A DNA stretch of 64,000 bases from Ptychomitrium polyphyllum (lineage: Eukaryota): NCBI GenBank assembly GCA_973851085.1, contig OZ316776.1:2542001-2606000 (forward strand). The letters are read 5' to 3'. Positions 1 through 12,895 of the stretch are shown here, in pieces; the stretch's first letter is position 1, and every line of letters begins with the position of its first letter. Position numbers and translations under genes: made by a program. Under the pieces are notes generated by a model. That model had not been told where the DNA came from and searched no databases. It saw nothing but the letters and a program-made list of their open reading frames with translations.

Positions 1-1394
1 AATGTTGGAAGAAGGAAATATCTGTCTTGCAAGGACACGTGGGTGCAGCGGGCCAAACCCGATGTATGGTGGCCCCGAGATTGGTTGCCAAAGGATTTCA
101 AGGGCGACATTCGAGTGTTGCTTCTTGAGTACAGCATCTCGGAGCCCAGTATAGAAGGGGTTGTGGACGGTTTGCAAAGACTGCTGGTGTTCAGGTAGAG
201 ATTCTATCAATTGTTGAGTTCACGCATACAATTTTGAAACAGTGAAATTGAGTGGGCGTGCTGAGATCCGGGCCGAACTACAGGATCTGTTGTTATTGTG
301 TCGACTTGTTTATTTTGGATAGCGACACCTAATTCAGGCTCCAAGTATCTTGACGTTGTTTGTACATTGCAGTGACCTTTGGAACCTTGGACACACCTGG
401 CAGCGCCCGATTGTTCTCGTAGGACATAGCCTAGGGTGCGTGGTGATTGAACAGTTGGTTGTGGCTCTTGACAAAAGAGCGAAAGCAATTGGAAGCTTGC
501 AGGATGAAATGGAAATTACGCGGGCAAAGGTTTCAAAGGCATTTTTGGCGAGTCTGGCAGGATGTTTCTTCTACGCTCCACCGTTGAAAGGGCTCATGCC
601 AAGCGTAGATCTACAGAAATATGTGTTCGGAGGCTTAAGCTACTCAAGAGCTCTATTTGCAGATCTGTGTTTGGACTCTCCGAAGTTGAAAAAGATTTCG
701 AAGGAGTTCATGCAGGCACGAAGTGAGAACGTGAAGTTGATGGCTTTAATAGAGGGCTTTCACACAAGAGGGGTAAACCAGTCTCTTTTTTACAACTCAA
801 GCTATCGTTGAATGTTTCAGTGTTATATTGACAGAAGACTATTTGCAGGCGTAAGGTTGATATAAGATGCATGATACTGCGGTTTCTTGTCTCGTTGTTT
901 GTGTTTGGCTGTACGAGAACGTGTGTTATGTTTCGAAGGTCATGCAGGTGTTGAGTGCATCACAGATTTTCATAAGGAAATGGTATATAGGTTGTCTTCT
1001 AACGTTTGAGAGGCCCGGGTTTGTGTAGAGACAAGTTGTTCCACCAGAATCGATGAAGGATTTTGCCGGTGTAGTGGTGGAGCTACAGGACTCAAATCAT
1101 AGTGATATCTGTAAACCTACCAACAAGGAGCATCGGGCTTACAGGGAACTTGTGGAGTTCATTGGAGGCATTTTGAATGCGAAACAGGTATGTGTTCTCA
1201 CCTTGATCAACGTTCTTGTTTTTCCATGTTTTTCAAGGACATTATTCCCGTTGTGTGGATCTATTAATGCATTTTGTTATTGAGGGCGAATTTTTGAAAT
1301 TGTAGTATCTTGTAACCCAGATGCCTAATTCCTGGTGCAGGTCGTTCCGGATATGTCTGGTGACAAGCAGCTTGCTACCATGGTCAGTCAGTGA
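1..1394 (+). CDS. SERAC1/DUF676-like alpha/beta-hydrolase (putative lipase), 5'-partial; exons <1-194, 373-772, 1029-1187, 1341-1394
   Basis: Spliced translation gives WWPRDWLPKDF..RVLLLEY, nucleophile elbow LVGHSLG and NHSDICKP, typical of SERAC1-like hydrolases. GT-AG junctions keep the frame; stop TGA at 1392-1394. Confidence 0.75.
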
Positions 1395-2458
1395 GAGGGT
1401 TGTGTCAACGAAATTCTCAGTTGTTATTTTTATATGCATCGATTTATTAGGTAAAAAATGAGCGATCTACGAGGTCGTTTAGGCATTTAGTCATTTAGTT
1501 GTTTGTCGAGAAGTTCATCGTATGAGAACTTTATCCACGTTGTTTTCACTCTCTACAGTGAATTCAGTTGTTTTGTTCAGGTGACACAAGATACATGTCA
1601 TCGGTATCTTGTTACCATATGCAAAGTTTATCAGCTTTAGGCGTTTAGATTTCTTGGGAGAATTAATCTCCGTGTGCTTACTGTTGGCATAATCAGTACT
1701 TTCACAAGATACCGACGGAGTAGACACTAGATACATAGTAGGATCTTGATCGAACAGTTGCTTATAACCGAGCTTATGCCGTAACAATCGGTTTTATCTT
1801 GTGTAATTACTTATTCGCGAACTGAAGGAAAGGTGTTATGGCATTGCGTCTCATTTTTCTCTTGGAACATATGAGGAGCATTGAATTAGAAAACTTTTAG
1901 TGTCAATGAGTCTCTGTGCTCTTGATAAGTTCTGTACGGCGTATGCTAATCTGATGACTTAAATATTGAAATAGTTAACTTAGACTGCGTAGATTGAGAT
2001 TTGCTGCCGGAGGCTTGGATGTATATTATCAATCAAGCAGCACGAGCTTATGGTATGTGAAGTATACATATGAGTATCTTGGGGAGGGTGACTTTGTCAT
2101 TGAAGGACGTTGTTAAGAGAATACTTTATAACTTAATGTACAATAAAACTTCAGGTTCCTAGGCATTAAACATAAACTCTCCATCAATGCACCACGCTCA
2201 CCAGACCAAGTGTGAATGGGTTCGAAGTAGAACTTTCGGTTTTTTATTAGAAATCATCCCAGTATTCTGGTGCTATAGCTAGCAGAGATGCATGGTTGTG
2301 GTGCACATTCGTAACTTAGTCATTAGCATGACGATGTCCACGGCGGTATCAAAGCATGAGGCCGTGTCCTTCGTCCTCGGGTGGCCGCAGGCGCAATCCG
2401 ATGGAATATTATCACTCGAGAACCTAAAAGACAACAAGGACCAATCGGAAGCGCGAAG

Positions 2459-2650
2459 AACAATCGCTAACAAATCAAGGTCGCCTAAGTCACTCAAAAC
2501 AATCCCCCAAACAATATCACACACATCATCATGCAGTTCAAACAGCCCGGTCACAACAATCGCTAACAAATCAAGGTCGCCTAAGTCACTCAAAACAATC
2601 CCCCAAACAATATCACACACATCATCATGCAGTTCAAACAGCCCGGTCAC
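2459..2650. repeat. Perfect tandem duplication, 2 x 96 bp
   Basis: AACAATCGCTAACAAATC...CAGCCCGGTCAC occurs at 2459-2554 and again at 2555-2650. Confidence 0.95.
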
Positions 2651-5600
2651 GGCATGCTGCCGACCTTAACCCTATCCCTATGATCGATTTCAGTTTCTTC
2701 ACATGCGGCAATACCCTCGCTAGCAGTCCACTATCTGCACTTCAAAAAAAGTCAAAAAAAGTGGATCAGATCGTCAATCACTTCCCGTGTATGCTTCCGA
2801 CAACAGCCCCATTCAGTGGCTCTTGAAACCGCTCTTACAAGATCAGTTGTTGAACAAGCTGATGGATCTGGTGACATGTTTTTGGCGGATCAGTGCGACC
2901 GAAGTGAGATTCCACCGCTCTGGGAGTTGCACATCACACATGAAAGATTGCTACATGCTCATCACCGACATGAATGCTTGGAAACAAGATCAGCGATGAC
3001 ACTCGGTCACGGGTGCCAAGTCGAGGTTTTGGCTCCTTGCTCACCTGTGCCCGCGCACATCTATTTTCCGTCTTCCAAACCTGCCCACGATTACCTTTTT
3101 CTTTTTCGTACCTGAGCACATCTTCGCTGCGGCCAGAAAGGCGGCAGAAAGCATTTTGACAGTAAATGGCAATGCACAGCAGGGGCCCAGAAACAAGTAT
3201 CTGTCGATATTCAGGAAGGGTTGTGAATTTCCGTGGATTTTAGTTGAAGTCAATCTAAAAGTTTTGGGTCAAACTGGTTCCATAAAGCTTAGTCTAGTTT
3301 TCTGTATCTAAACTTGGGGGATTTCAGGGGATGTGCAGCAAAAGTCAATATTTGTTTTTTGATGGTCAAGCCATATCCCCTGTTTGCTGTGGTTGAACGT
3401 AGAAAATAGAAGCCACCTGTGCTTTTGGCTGTGTGTTGCATGAATGTCTGCTGTCAAGAAACCAATTTGGGAGATGCTGAATACTGAACGAGCCTTCAGG
3501 AAAGGTTATAAGTTAATCATAGTTGGTGTCCGAGAGGCGGTCTGGTTTGGTGCCTTTTTGTAAGAACCACCTCAAAGTGGTAATATTCATGCATCAAGTT
3601 GAGACTCAAAGTGAACGTTTGGGATTTATTCTGAGGATGATTCATGGGCTGGTTAAATTCAAACATTGCAAGTCTGGATCCAAGTTTGGTGTACTTCATT
3701 TAAGAACAAGAACAAGGGCCAATTTACACAAGTCCGCCCAAGTTCATAGGACAAGAATTTTAGAAAGATGGAGCAATGTGTTTATACCATGTCTCATAGA
3801 TCACAAGATAAGGAATTTGGCCAATGATGATAACAACCATTTTATAAATTTCTTTTAAATAAAATCAATAATAAGTGTATAAAATAATAACAATAATCAT
3901 AAGGCTATGATATTGTAATAGGATTAAAATGTATTTAAAAAAAAATTCTTATATTGATTCTTTTAATATCTTGATTTTTTTCTTTTAAATTAGTTTTTTT
4001 GCAAAATTCAATTTTAATCTTTTATTTTGATGTTGATTATATTATTTGGATCTCTTAGACAGTATTATAATTAATATATTCCTTCAAAGTTAGTTTTAAA
4101 GTCTATGGAAAATTTTCCTCATTTCTTCCATGTCAAAAAGTTATACTTATAGTGATTAAACTAAAGGACATGAAACACTTCTCAAAAGATTCTTTAGAAG
4201 TAATATCATTATGTCATGCAAGCAGTTTTTATTTTATATATTTTGATTAATTATTTATAGTTTCAACTAACTTTGCATGAAACACATCAAAATCATTGTG
4301 ATTTGTGTTGTTTGCATGAAACTTCTAATGTTTGAAATACTAGTAGACTTCTCAGGATGTAAGGCATTTCAGTACTTGACAACACAAAAATCGAATTTGT
4401 ACAACAAATTCTAAATTCATGCATATGGTGTTGTTCTCAAATTTTCTACAAACATCATAAATTCATGAACAAGTTCTATGCTTTAATATTACAACATAAG
4501 GTGATTGCCTCCTTTTTAAATTTACACTAGAAATCAAATTAAAATCGCAACTAATATTATTTATACTAACTTATTTACAAGTAATTTTGAAAAATTACAT
4601 TATTGTAAAGAAGAATTATGATTTTGTACTTTTACATATGACACTTTAAGTATTATCATGAAATTTCTGTAAAAAATGTAGTTTTACAAGGTTACAACAA
4701 TGTAACAATGATTTGTTGCAAATTTCTTCAAATAGATGAATTTTCCAAATTTCAAATATCTTTTATAATCCACGTTCATTCAATTATATTCTTTAGACAT
4801 AAGTTTAATTGTATATGTGTTTCAAAACCAATAGTGGGTCAATACTTCATGCTCCATTTTTGTCAAACATTGAAAAAGACATATCAATGGATGTCAAGAA
4901 TGATGCATTGGAAATAAATTATTTCTTTAATGGATTTTACAAAGGTGAAGTAAAAACTTGCAAAGGATGAAGAAAACCACATGTTATTATTTATTTTTTC
5001 AAGTTCTTATTCCTCAAAGTAGATTCTAACACCTATATATTATTGATGAAGTGTTGTATATTCTATGGTGGATCTTTACAGGTCAAGCAGTTGCTACTGC
5101 CGCTATTAATCAGTCTATGGCTAAATCATTGATAGTGACCGAATTGATCTCATTCTTACCAAGTCACCGTCCATTCAAAGCCTGAAGCTCTGACCAGGAG
5201 CCGAGCTGCTGAGATAGGCAGGGGAACAATATGGTATGATTACCAATAGACCATCTCCATATGTTGAAAATTTTCACTGCATTCACTGAGGAATTCATAT
5301 ACTGGGATACTTTTTGAATGAGAAGTTGAATTAGATCTATCTATGCAGTTTCTTTCTAAATTACATTTTAAAATTATAGAAATTCCTCTTCGCACCGAGA
5401 AGCCTGAATATGATAGCTCTGCAATGTACACTGGTCATGGCATACACTCATGCACATTCCAGAACAGTAACCCAATTCTGTAGGGACAATTGTCTCGTAC
5501 AAGGCTTGAAAATTCCTTACCCTTACACATTCCTTGCAACTGTTTCCAAATTCTCAAATTAGGAGAAATTTCAGATTTCAGACAGCATTTCAAAATGCCA

Positions 5601-6832
5601 TAACAGTAAAAATCACCCACAGTATACAAGCACAACATCTTGCAACTTTTTACTCATGTCACCACTCTCATTCGGACATGTGGGAACAGATGAATCAGAT
5701 TTTTCCGCCTACGCAAGATTCCCCCCATTCTGGATGTGGCATCTGCACCACTCAGCTGTCAATATGCAGTTCCAAACCAAGGATGGGATGACTTAAGCCA
5801 TAACTTAAGCCAGAACAATAATAACTGTCGAAAAAACGTATTTACTGGATACAAAGCAGCCCCACCGCATGGGCCAAAAATCGCGGGTTACAAAACTCAA
5901 CCCAGTCCGCCCAGCCCGGGATCCTGGAGGATGCACACCTGCGCCACCCCGGGATTCTGAGGGACGTACACCTAAAACCGTCCCTACACCAAATCTCATA
6001 AGTATTCCTAAAACCGGGCCAGTACCCCGAAACCACCCCAAATCGAGAATCGTCCTTATACACAAATCCGACTCCTTTTATCAACAACAAACATTTCAGA
6101 AATCAAAATCTACGAGAGGTACTGATCCTGGTGATGGTTTTGGGCAGCGACGGCCTCCCTTACAAGCTCCTCACGCCGGATGGTTACAGTTCTATAATTG
6201 TTCTCCAGGTCCGGATTGTGTGAAGCATCCCGCATTCGTGATGGTGATCACGCCGGAGGAATGATGCTCCGGACTTCGCATCCTCAGTTCCTCTGCGGAA
6301 AACGGCAACTTAAGCTCTTATAAATGATTCGCGCGATCAATCGGAATATTAAGCACTCGCAGTTTCGGTTTTGTATATGTCGAACATCACCTCCTCGGTC
6401 ATGTCGCTGCATTGATTTTGGAGGAAGAGCTGCACCTGCGTTGATGATTCTACATGAGCTGATACATGCGCTTCTTGGAGTTGATTGACGCTCTTTGTTT
6501 TGCAAGTTGTAAGCGAAAGATTTCCTGAAGAGGTGGAGAGACTAATCACTGAGATGTTGGCTGGCTGTTCAGTTATGGCGCAATCTTGATTTTGTTGATG
6601 TTCAGTTAATGAGTTTGAAAATTTAGATGATTTGTACATGCGAGGAAGCGCAGAAACTAAGATGATGATTGTGTTGCTTGACATGCTTTGGTAAGGAAGT
6701 TGAAGCGGAGTATTTTCATTTCAAGCGAGAGTGCGGCATTTGCTTTGATATTTTGTGTGTGAGAAAGAGCTCCACCTGCTCCAGTGATTGACGGAGTTTT
6801 TCAGCCAGTTGTAACGAAAGTTGTCTCAAACG

Positions 6833-9800
6833 ATGGAGAGGATTATCTCAGGGATGCCGGCAAGACTTAGAATGGCGCCGGGAGCTTTTCTTGTTGCTTG
6901 TGATTCTAGTCACACTCGTGGGAGAGGAAGGAAAAGTCCACGAAGGTCGAGGTGCTTGAAACAAGCAACGTCGGCGTCATTGTCGGCGTCGAGGCCACAA
7001 AAGACGCAGACGGAGCTGGAGTTGATCAATGGTCCTCGTGAAGGTCAGGGGATTAGCGTTGCTCTTTGGGATTTTCAGAAGCAGGAATCCCAGTTGCAAT
7101 GTCTGAAAATCAGCATAGAGTTGTGCAAGAAAGAGTATTTCGTCGTGCCGAAGGCGATGGCAGGGAGTGATTTGAAGTTTCATGATGAGGAGGACGAAAG
7201 ACTCGGAAGGAAGGTTTGGTTCGAACTTGTAAGCGTTGAGGTTGATACGGGTGAGCGTCATGTCTATAAGCATCTGTTTCTGTAATGTGCCTGTGCTCCT
7301 ATATAAGCGATTGTTCCATCTCTAGTTTGATGCTAACTTCATTTATACTGAATTCCTTGTTTCTGAAGCTTTTGATCGATGCTTCGATCTGACAATCATG
7401 AGTCTGGCGCAGAGACGGCGAGGCCAAAGCGGAGTAGTTCTGTAGCAATTGAGAAATGGACGGAGGTCGATCCCGAAGATCATTGCCCGTCCACAAACGT
7501 AACAAAGTTTAATCTAAACTTGAAAGTGGAAAAAGATTTTGGATATCCTGGTGCGCTGATATTGAAGAATTTCCATAGAGACGAGTTCCTTCTTAAGACC
7601 GTCTCTATTAAACTTCCGGACAAGTCCACGGTGCATTTTCCGTGCGACTCATGTGTTTACAATACGCACCAATATGCCGCTGACCGCGTGTTCTTCAGCA
7701 ATAAGGTTGGCCTTCGAGCAAATGATCCTCTCAACATGTTAATAGAATGAGTACGCAGAAATTTCACCGTTATTCTTATAATAAACCATTGATCTAGTGA
7801 CCTTTTCAGAGTTTCCTCCTAGAGCTCTTCTCTCAGAGCTCTTCTTGCACACTTCCCCTCATAATACTCACCCCAACACACAAGCTTCTGCATAGATTGT
7901 GCATGCACATGATGCTGAAGCTTGACTCTGAAGAGTTTACTTATTTTGAGTACGATCTAGAGTACTTTCGGAGTTTCGACAGATGTCTTCAGAGCTAGTT
8001 CAAAGGAGGCTGTTCAAATGACTGACGCTCATATCATTACATGTGTAGGTGTATCTACCACAAGAAACTCCCGCCGGCTTGAAGGAACTGCGTGAGCAAG
8101 AGCTAATCAATAAGCGTGGCAACGGGACAGGATTGCGGAAGGAAGCAGATCGTATTTACGACTATGCCGTATATAACGATTTAGGAGACGTTGAACTGCA
8201 CGAGAGTTTCAAGCGGCCTGTATTGGGAGGAAATGACAAATTCCCCTACCCCAGACGCGTGCGCACTGCACGACCTCTCTCTGAGATTGGTAGACTTCCA
8301 CAAAACTTGATGATAATATCTGCAATCTTGCATTTTTTTTTTTATAATCCTGACCTTCAAAATCCAGCAGTCATTTTGACCAAACTCCCTTTGAAATATT
8401 ACACACAAGGTTCCTTCAAGTGGATTTTCACCTCATACGTTGTCTTGTTGTTTCAGATCCGGTGTCAGAGCACCGCGGTGACATGTATGAGAAGTTCTAT
8501 ATCCCCAGGGATGAGCGGATAACATTGGTGCAAACTGAGGGCCTTGAGCTGGAGGATGCGATTGAAGTAGCCTCAAGAAAAATGATGCCAGCACTCTTTG
8601 CGCTGTACTCCATTCAGGAGGAGTACCAGAGTCTGGATCAAGTATTTGACTTGTTCAGGAAGGGTATCACTCTGTCCGCCGATTCCAAATGTGCGCTGGA
8701 CTGTGAGCCTGGGAGCAAAGCGGAGGCTCCCGAAGCAGTCGTTAAATTGCGACGTCCAAAAGTTATTGCTGGTACATGAATGTAAATCAATGTAGCTTCC
8801 TAATATGATAGCTGCTGATGGTATACAGCATACGGTTGTTCTCGCTAATTCAAGTGATGGAGGTTATGCATGTTGCATAGTGTGCTAATAACGCTTGGGG
8901 TTAAATTCACAGTTCGTGAGGATGCATGGGCGCACGATGAAGAGTTCGCCCGTCAACTGCTTGCCGGAATCAATCCAGTGGTGATTGAGCGTGTGCGGGA
9001 GTTTCCCATTCGAAGTGCCCTTGATACCGCTACCTACGGAAGTCCATTGTCCGCCATAACAGCGGAGCACATTGGACCATTTCTGGAAGGACTAGACGTG
9101 CAAACGGCAGTTGCTAAACAGAAGCTATTTGCTCTAGACTACCATGACATATTTCTACCATTTGTTAACAAAATTAACGAATCTCCGACTTCAAAAGCTT
9201 ACGCCACTAGAACTCTGTTCTTTACAAGAAATGACGGCACGTTGATTCCTGTTGCCATTGAGCTCAGCCTCCCACCATGTGAAGGAAATAACCAGTCTGC
9301 TTCCAAGCGTGTTGTTACCCCACATCCCATGGGCACCGCAAAGGACTGGACGTGGGAGCTTGCAAAAGCCCATGTGATGGCGAATGATGCTGGGTATCAT
9401 CAACTCATAAGCCACTGGTGCGCAGCTATCTTGTCAGTGTCTGTAGAACTACAAAGTAGTACTTACTATCAGCTGCATTTTAAAGTCAGATTAAATCGCG
9501 TGGGGGCTTTCGATACATGTGACAGAATTACTGAAAAGCTCATGATTGTTGTAGGCTACGCTCGCATGCCGTTATGGAGCCTGTGATCATTGCAACACAC
9601 AGGCAACTGAGCGCACTCCATCCCATTCACCAAGCCCTTGTGCACCACTTCCAAGACACGCTAGACATCAACGCTGCGGCGCGAAAAGCACTGGTCAACG
9701 CGGGTGGCATCATCGAGAAATGCTTCACTCCGCACGAAGTCTCCATGCAGATGAGTTCCACTTGGTACAAGCACATGTGGCGCTTCGACGAACAAGCCCT

Positions 9801-10823
9801 ACCTGTTGATCTACTCAAAAGGTACAACTTATCTCTCGTTTCGACTCTCAAGTTCACAGTCCCATCATCTAAATCATATATTGATAGGCCTGTTTCTTAA
9901 ACGCTGCGAGAGTAGTTACCGTGTTGGCAAATATCTAACTAGGATCTGGAAAGTGCTTGTCAGGGGCATGGCTATCCCAGACAGCAGCACAACACATGGC
10001 ATGACGTTGGTCATTGAGGATTACCCCTTCGCAGCAGACGGACTTGAACTTTGGGGTGCAATTCGGATATGGCTTTCAGATTATGTGGGAGTGATCTATA
10101 ATGACGATGCTAGTGTTCAAAAGGACAAGGAGCTTCAAAGATGGTGGACTGAAATTCGGACCGTGGCCCATGGTGACAAAAAGGACGCTGAAGGGTGGCT
10201 GGTGCTGGATTCAAAGGAATCTTTGGTCCACATTTTAAACATCATCGTCTGGACTGCTTCATGCCATCACGCAGCTGTAAATTTTGGTCAATATGAGTAT
10301 GCTGGTTTCATGCCTAATCATCCAACAACTACCCGAAGGCTTATTCCCAAAGAAGGAACACCTGAATTTCTGGAACTTCAAAAGGATCCTGAGGCGTTCT
10401 ACCTGTCCATGGTCTCCAATGAGACACAAGCAACTGTGATCGCAATTACAACAGAAGCACTATCTACGCATGCAAACCACGAGGAGTATCTGGGACAAAG
10501 GTCCACACCGAACTGGACTAGTGATGACAAGGTAAGCTCTCCAAGGCTTTGAAGTTTAATATTCACCACAATAGCATTCACGTTACAGTAAATGAAAGGT
10601 CCTTGTACTTACTTCCAAAAAACTGGAGATTGGGCAGATATTGGGAGCGTTTAGCCGTTTTCAAGAGAAAATTGGCGAAATTGAGAAGCTGGTAGTGCAG
10701 AGGAATCAAGACAAGAGACTAAGGCATCGTCATGGCCGTGCTCAAGTTCCTTACGAACTCTTACACCCTTCCTCTGAGCCCGGTTTAACCGGTAAGGGAG
10801 TGCCAAACAGCGCCTCAATCTGA
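6833..10823 (+). CDS. LOX: Lipoxygenase with N-terminal transit-peptide-like extension (13-LOX type); exons 6833-7250, 7413-7705, 8049-8289, 8457-8771, 8913-9417, 9555-9821, 9964-10531, 10638-10823
   Basis: PLAT-domain motifs ([19 protein letters not shown]), [26 protein letters not shown], iron-ligand motifs HQLISHWLRSH and [11 protein letters not shown]-terminal GVPNSASI. All introns are GT-AG and in frame. Confidence 0.95.
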
Positions 10824-11549
10824 CGACAGCACTTCACACGATATGCTAGTATGTAAATTTGCAATATTAGATCAATCAGAAATTCAGTCAGTTATAAAAT
10901 GATAATATGACTATAAATTTATCTACTTTGCCGTCCTATACCATCTATAAATAGCTATGATGCAGTTACTGTATGGTCGAACTCTTGAGCTATAGATATT
11001 CATCGTCATAGTTTGTAACTTGATGATGCATACCTTTTTTTAATTACAAACCATAGTTGGAATCAAGTGTTCCCTCCCATTTGACCTCCGTCATGTGTCA
11101 ACCATTGCTGAATTTGAGCATCTCTTAAAAATCCGAGAAGTGCACTTCTGAAAAATGAACCGACTTTAGACAACTGGAGTATCAAGCACAAGGCAGCAAT
11201 AAAAACGCTAAAACTTTGAATGGCCAAGAGAAATGGCTTCCACATTCTGGAAAACTTGACAACCTCCACATTTAAAGGAAGTAAGAATCAGCTATCAAGC
11301 CCGGAGTTTTGAGAAATATACCAGCCTTGCCAGCAGATATAGGATCTCTACATTATTTTCATATCCGTATCTACAAAACTTTACAAATACAAAAATAAAC
11401 CTCTGCTCTTATACCTGGTTATTAATCAGAAACTAGTAATAAAAATGACAAACTTAAGCTACTGTAACACGTAAGTCGGCCTATCAACAGCTTACAAAAA
11501 CTTGGACGAGATGGCTAAATCAGCTAAGCTTCCTAAAAGTTTAGGAGCT

Positions 11550-12895
11550 TCATCTCCTGCGACCACCAAGGACTGCAGCTGCAATGCCACTAGCCACTAC
11601 ACCAACAGCTGCAGCCGCCAAGCCAACTCCAACCAAACCATCTGATTACAAAGAAAACAGATGATAGTCAATAGTATGCCAATACACAAAAAAGTAAGCA
11701 TAGCGTTAACTCGAAACTGTAGATGAGCAATTGTAACTGGCAATAAAGAATGTGAACAGATTAGCGTAGAACGTGTTACTAATAATCATAAAAAGGTCAA
11801 ATACAATTAGTATTGTTTATCACGACTCCGAAATGATGCATGGTGCAGGAGGGAATGAAAGACTTACCCTTCGCGATTTTATCCTCAACCATTTTCTTTA
11901 GCCCCGCAGCCTGTCGGAAATCAGGCGAAATCTGCATCGAATCGAAACACAATAATAAATATTTATGTCAGAATTGCAAATTAACAGCAGAAATCAGTGA
12001 GTGCAAAGACAGACAAGTCACCAACCAAGAAAAGCATATACCTTGAGAGCTTGATCAACAAGGCGCCGACTTCTTGCATATTCACCAGCCCGGAATTGAC
12101 CGACTGCAAGCAAGTACAAAATTTCCCTCTTCTGCATAGGAGCTCCTGCACCAGCCAACGAGGCTGCACATGCACCATTCAGAAAATGTCAGTGCACAAT
12201 CATGAAAAAAAGAAATGAAGATGCTCGAAACAATTACAGCCAGGCTCTGTCAAAAACAATGATGCCATATGAATACACACTGTTGGTAATCATATATGTT
12301 GTCTCGGCACCGAATGGAATGGAATGTCGCATTCAATACAAAGCTCAAAAATTACGAGTAATAAGCGCAAAAACAGAATTAGAACAACTACTTCTCAGAA
12401 CCCACCATGCTACACTATTTCACGTTAACCGTACATGTACGTTGAAGAATCACATACCTTCTAACATTGCAATACCACGCTGAACATCAGGTGCATTGCG
12501 TGAATGAACAAGAGCCCATGCCAATCGCATAATACTATCACTATTCTCACCAGAAACAGCAGCCTTCTCACCAGAAGCTTCTAATTCACAGCTCTGCACA
12601 AACATTACTCCGAGGTGATTTTCAAAAGCCCATCGCAATGACATCACTGCCATATCTCACTAATTTTTGTATACTTCTGAGGACAAAATCGATCAAAAGT
12701 GTTGATTGTTTATTCAAATGAGTAAAGAAAGAAACGTCAAATACTTCACTATCAACAACAGGTACATAAGAAACAAGGTATGCGTAAAAAGACACTTACG
12801 GCAATCATTTCTGAATCTGTCCATGGCAAAGAATCACCTCCTCCAAAAAATGATTCAATCTTATTGCCGATGTTGTTAAAAAATGCTTCTGCCAT
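11550..12895 (-). CDS. FIS1: Mitochondrial/peroxisomal fission protein FIS1; exons 12895-12800, 12593-12458, 12163-12042, 11931-11868, 11641-11550
   Basis: MRLAWALVHSRNAPDVQRGIAMLE, QKREILYLLAVGQFRAGEY (TPR) and a tail anchor DGLVGVGLAAAAVGVVASGIAAAVLGGRRR*. Confidence 0.93.
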
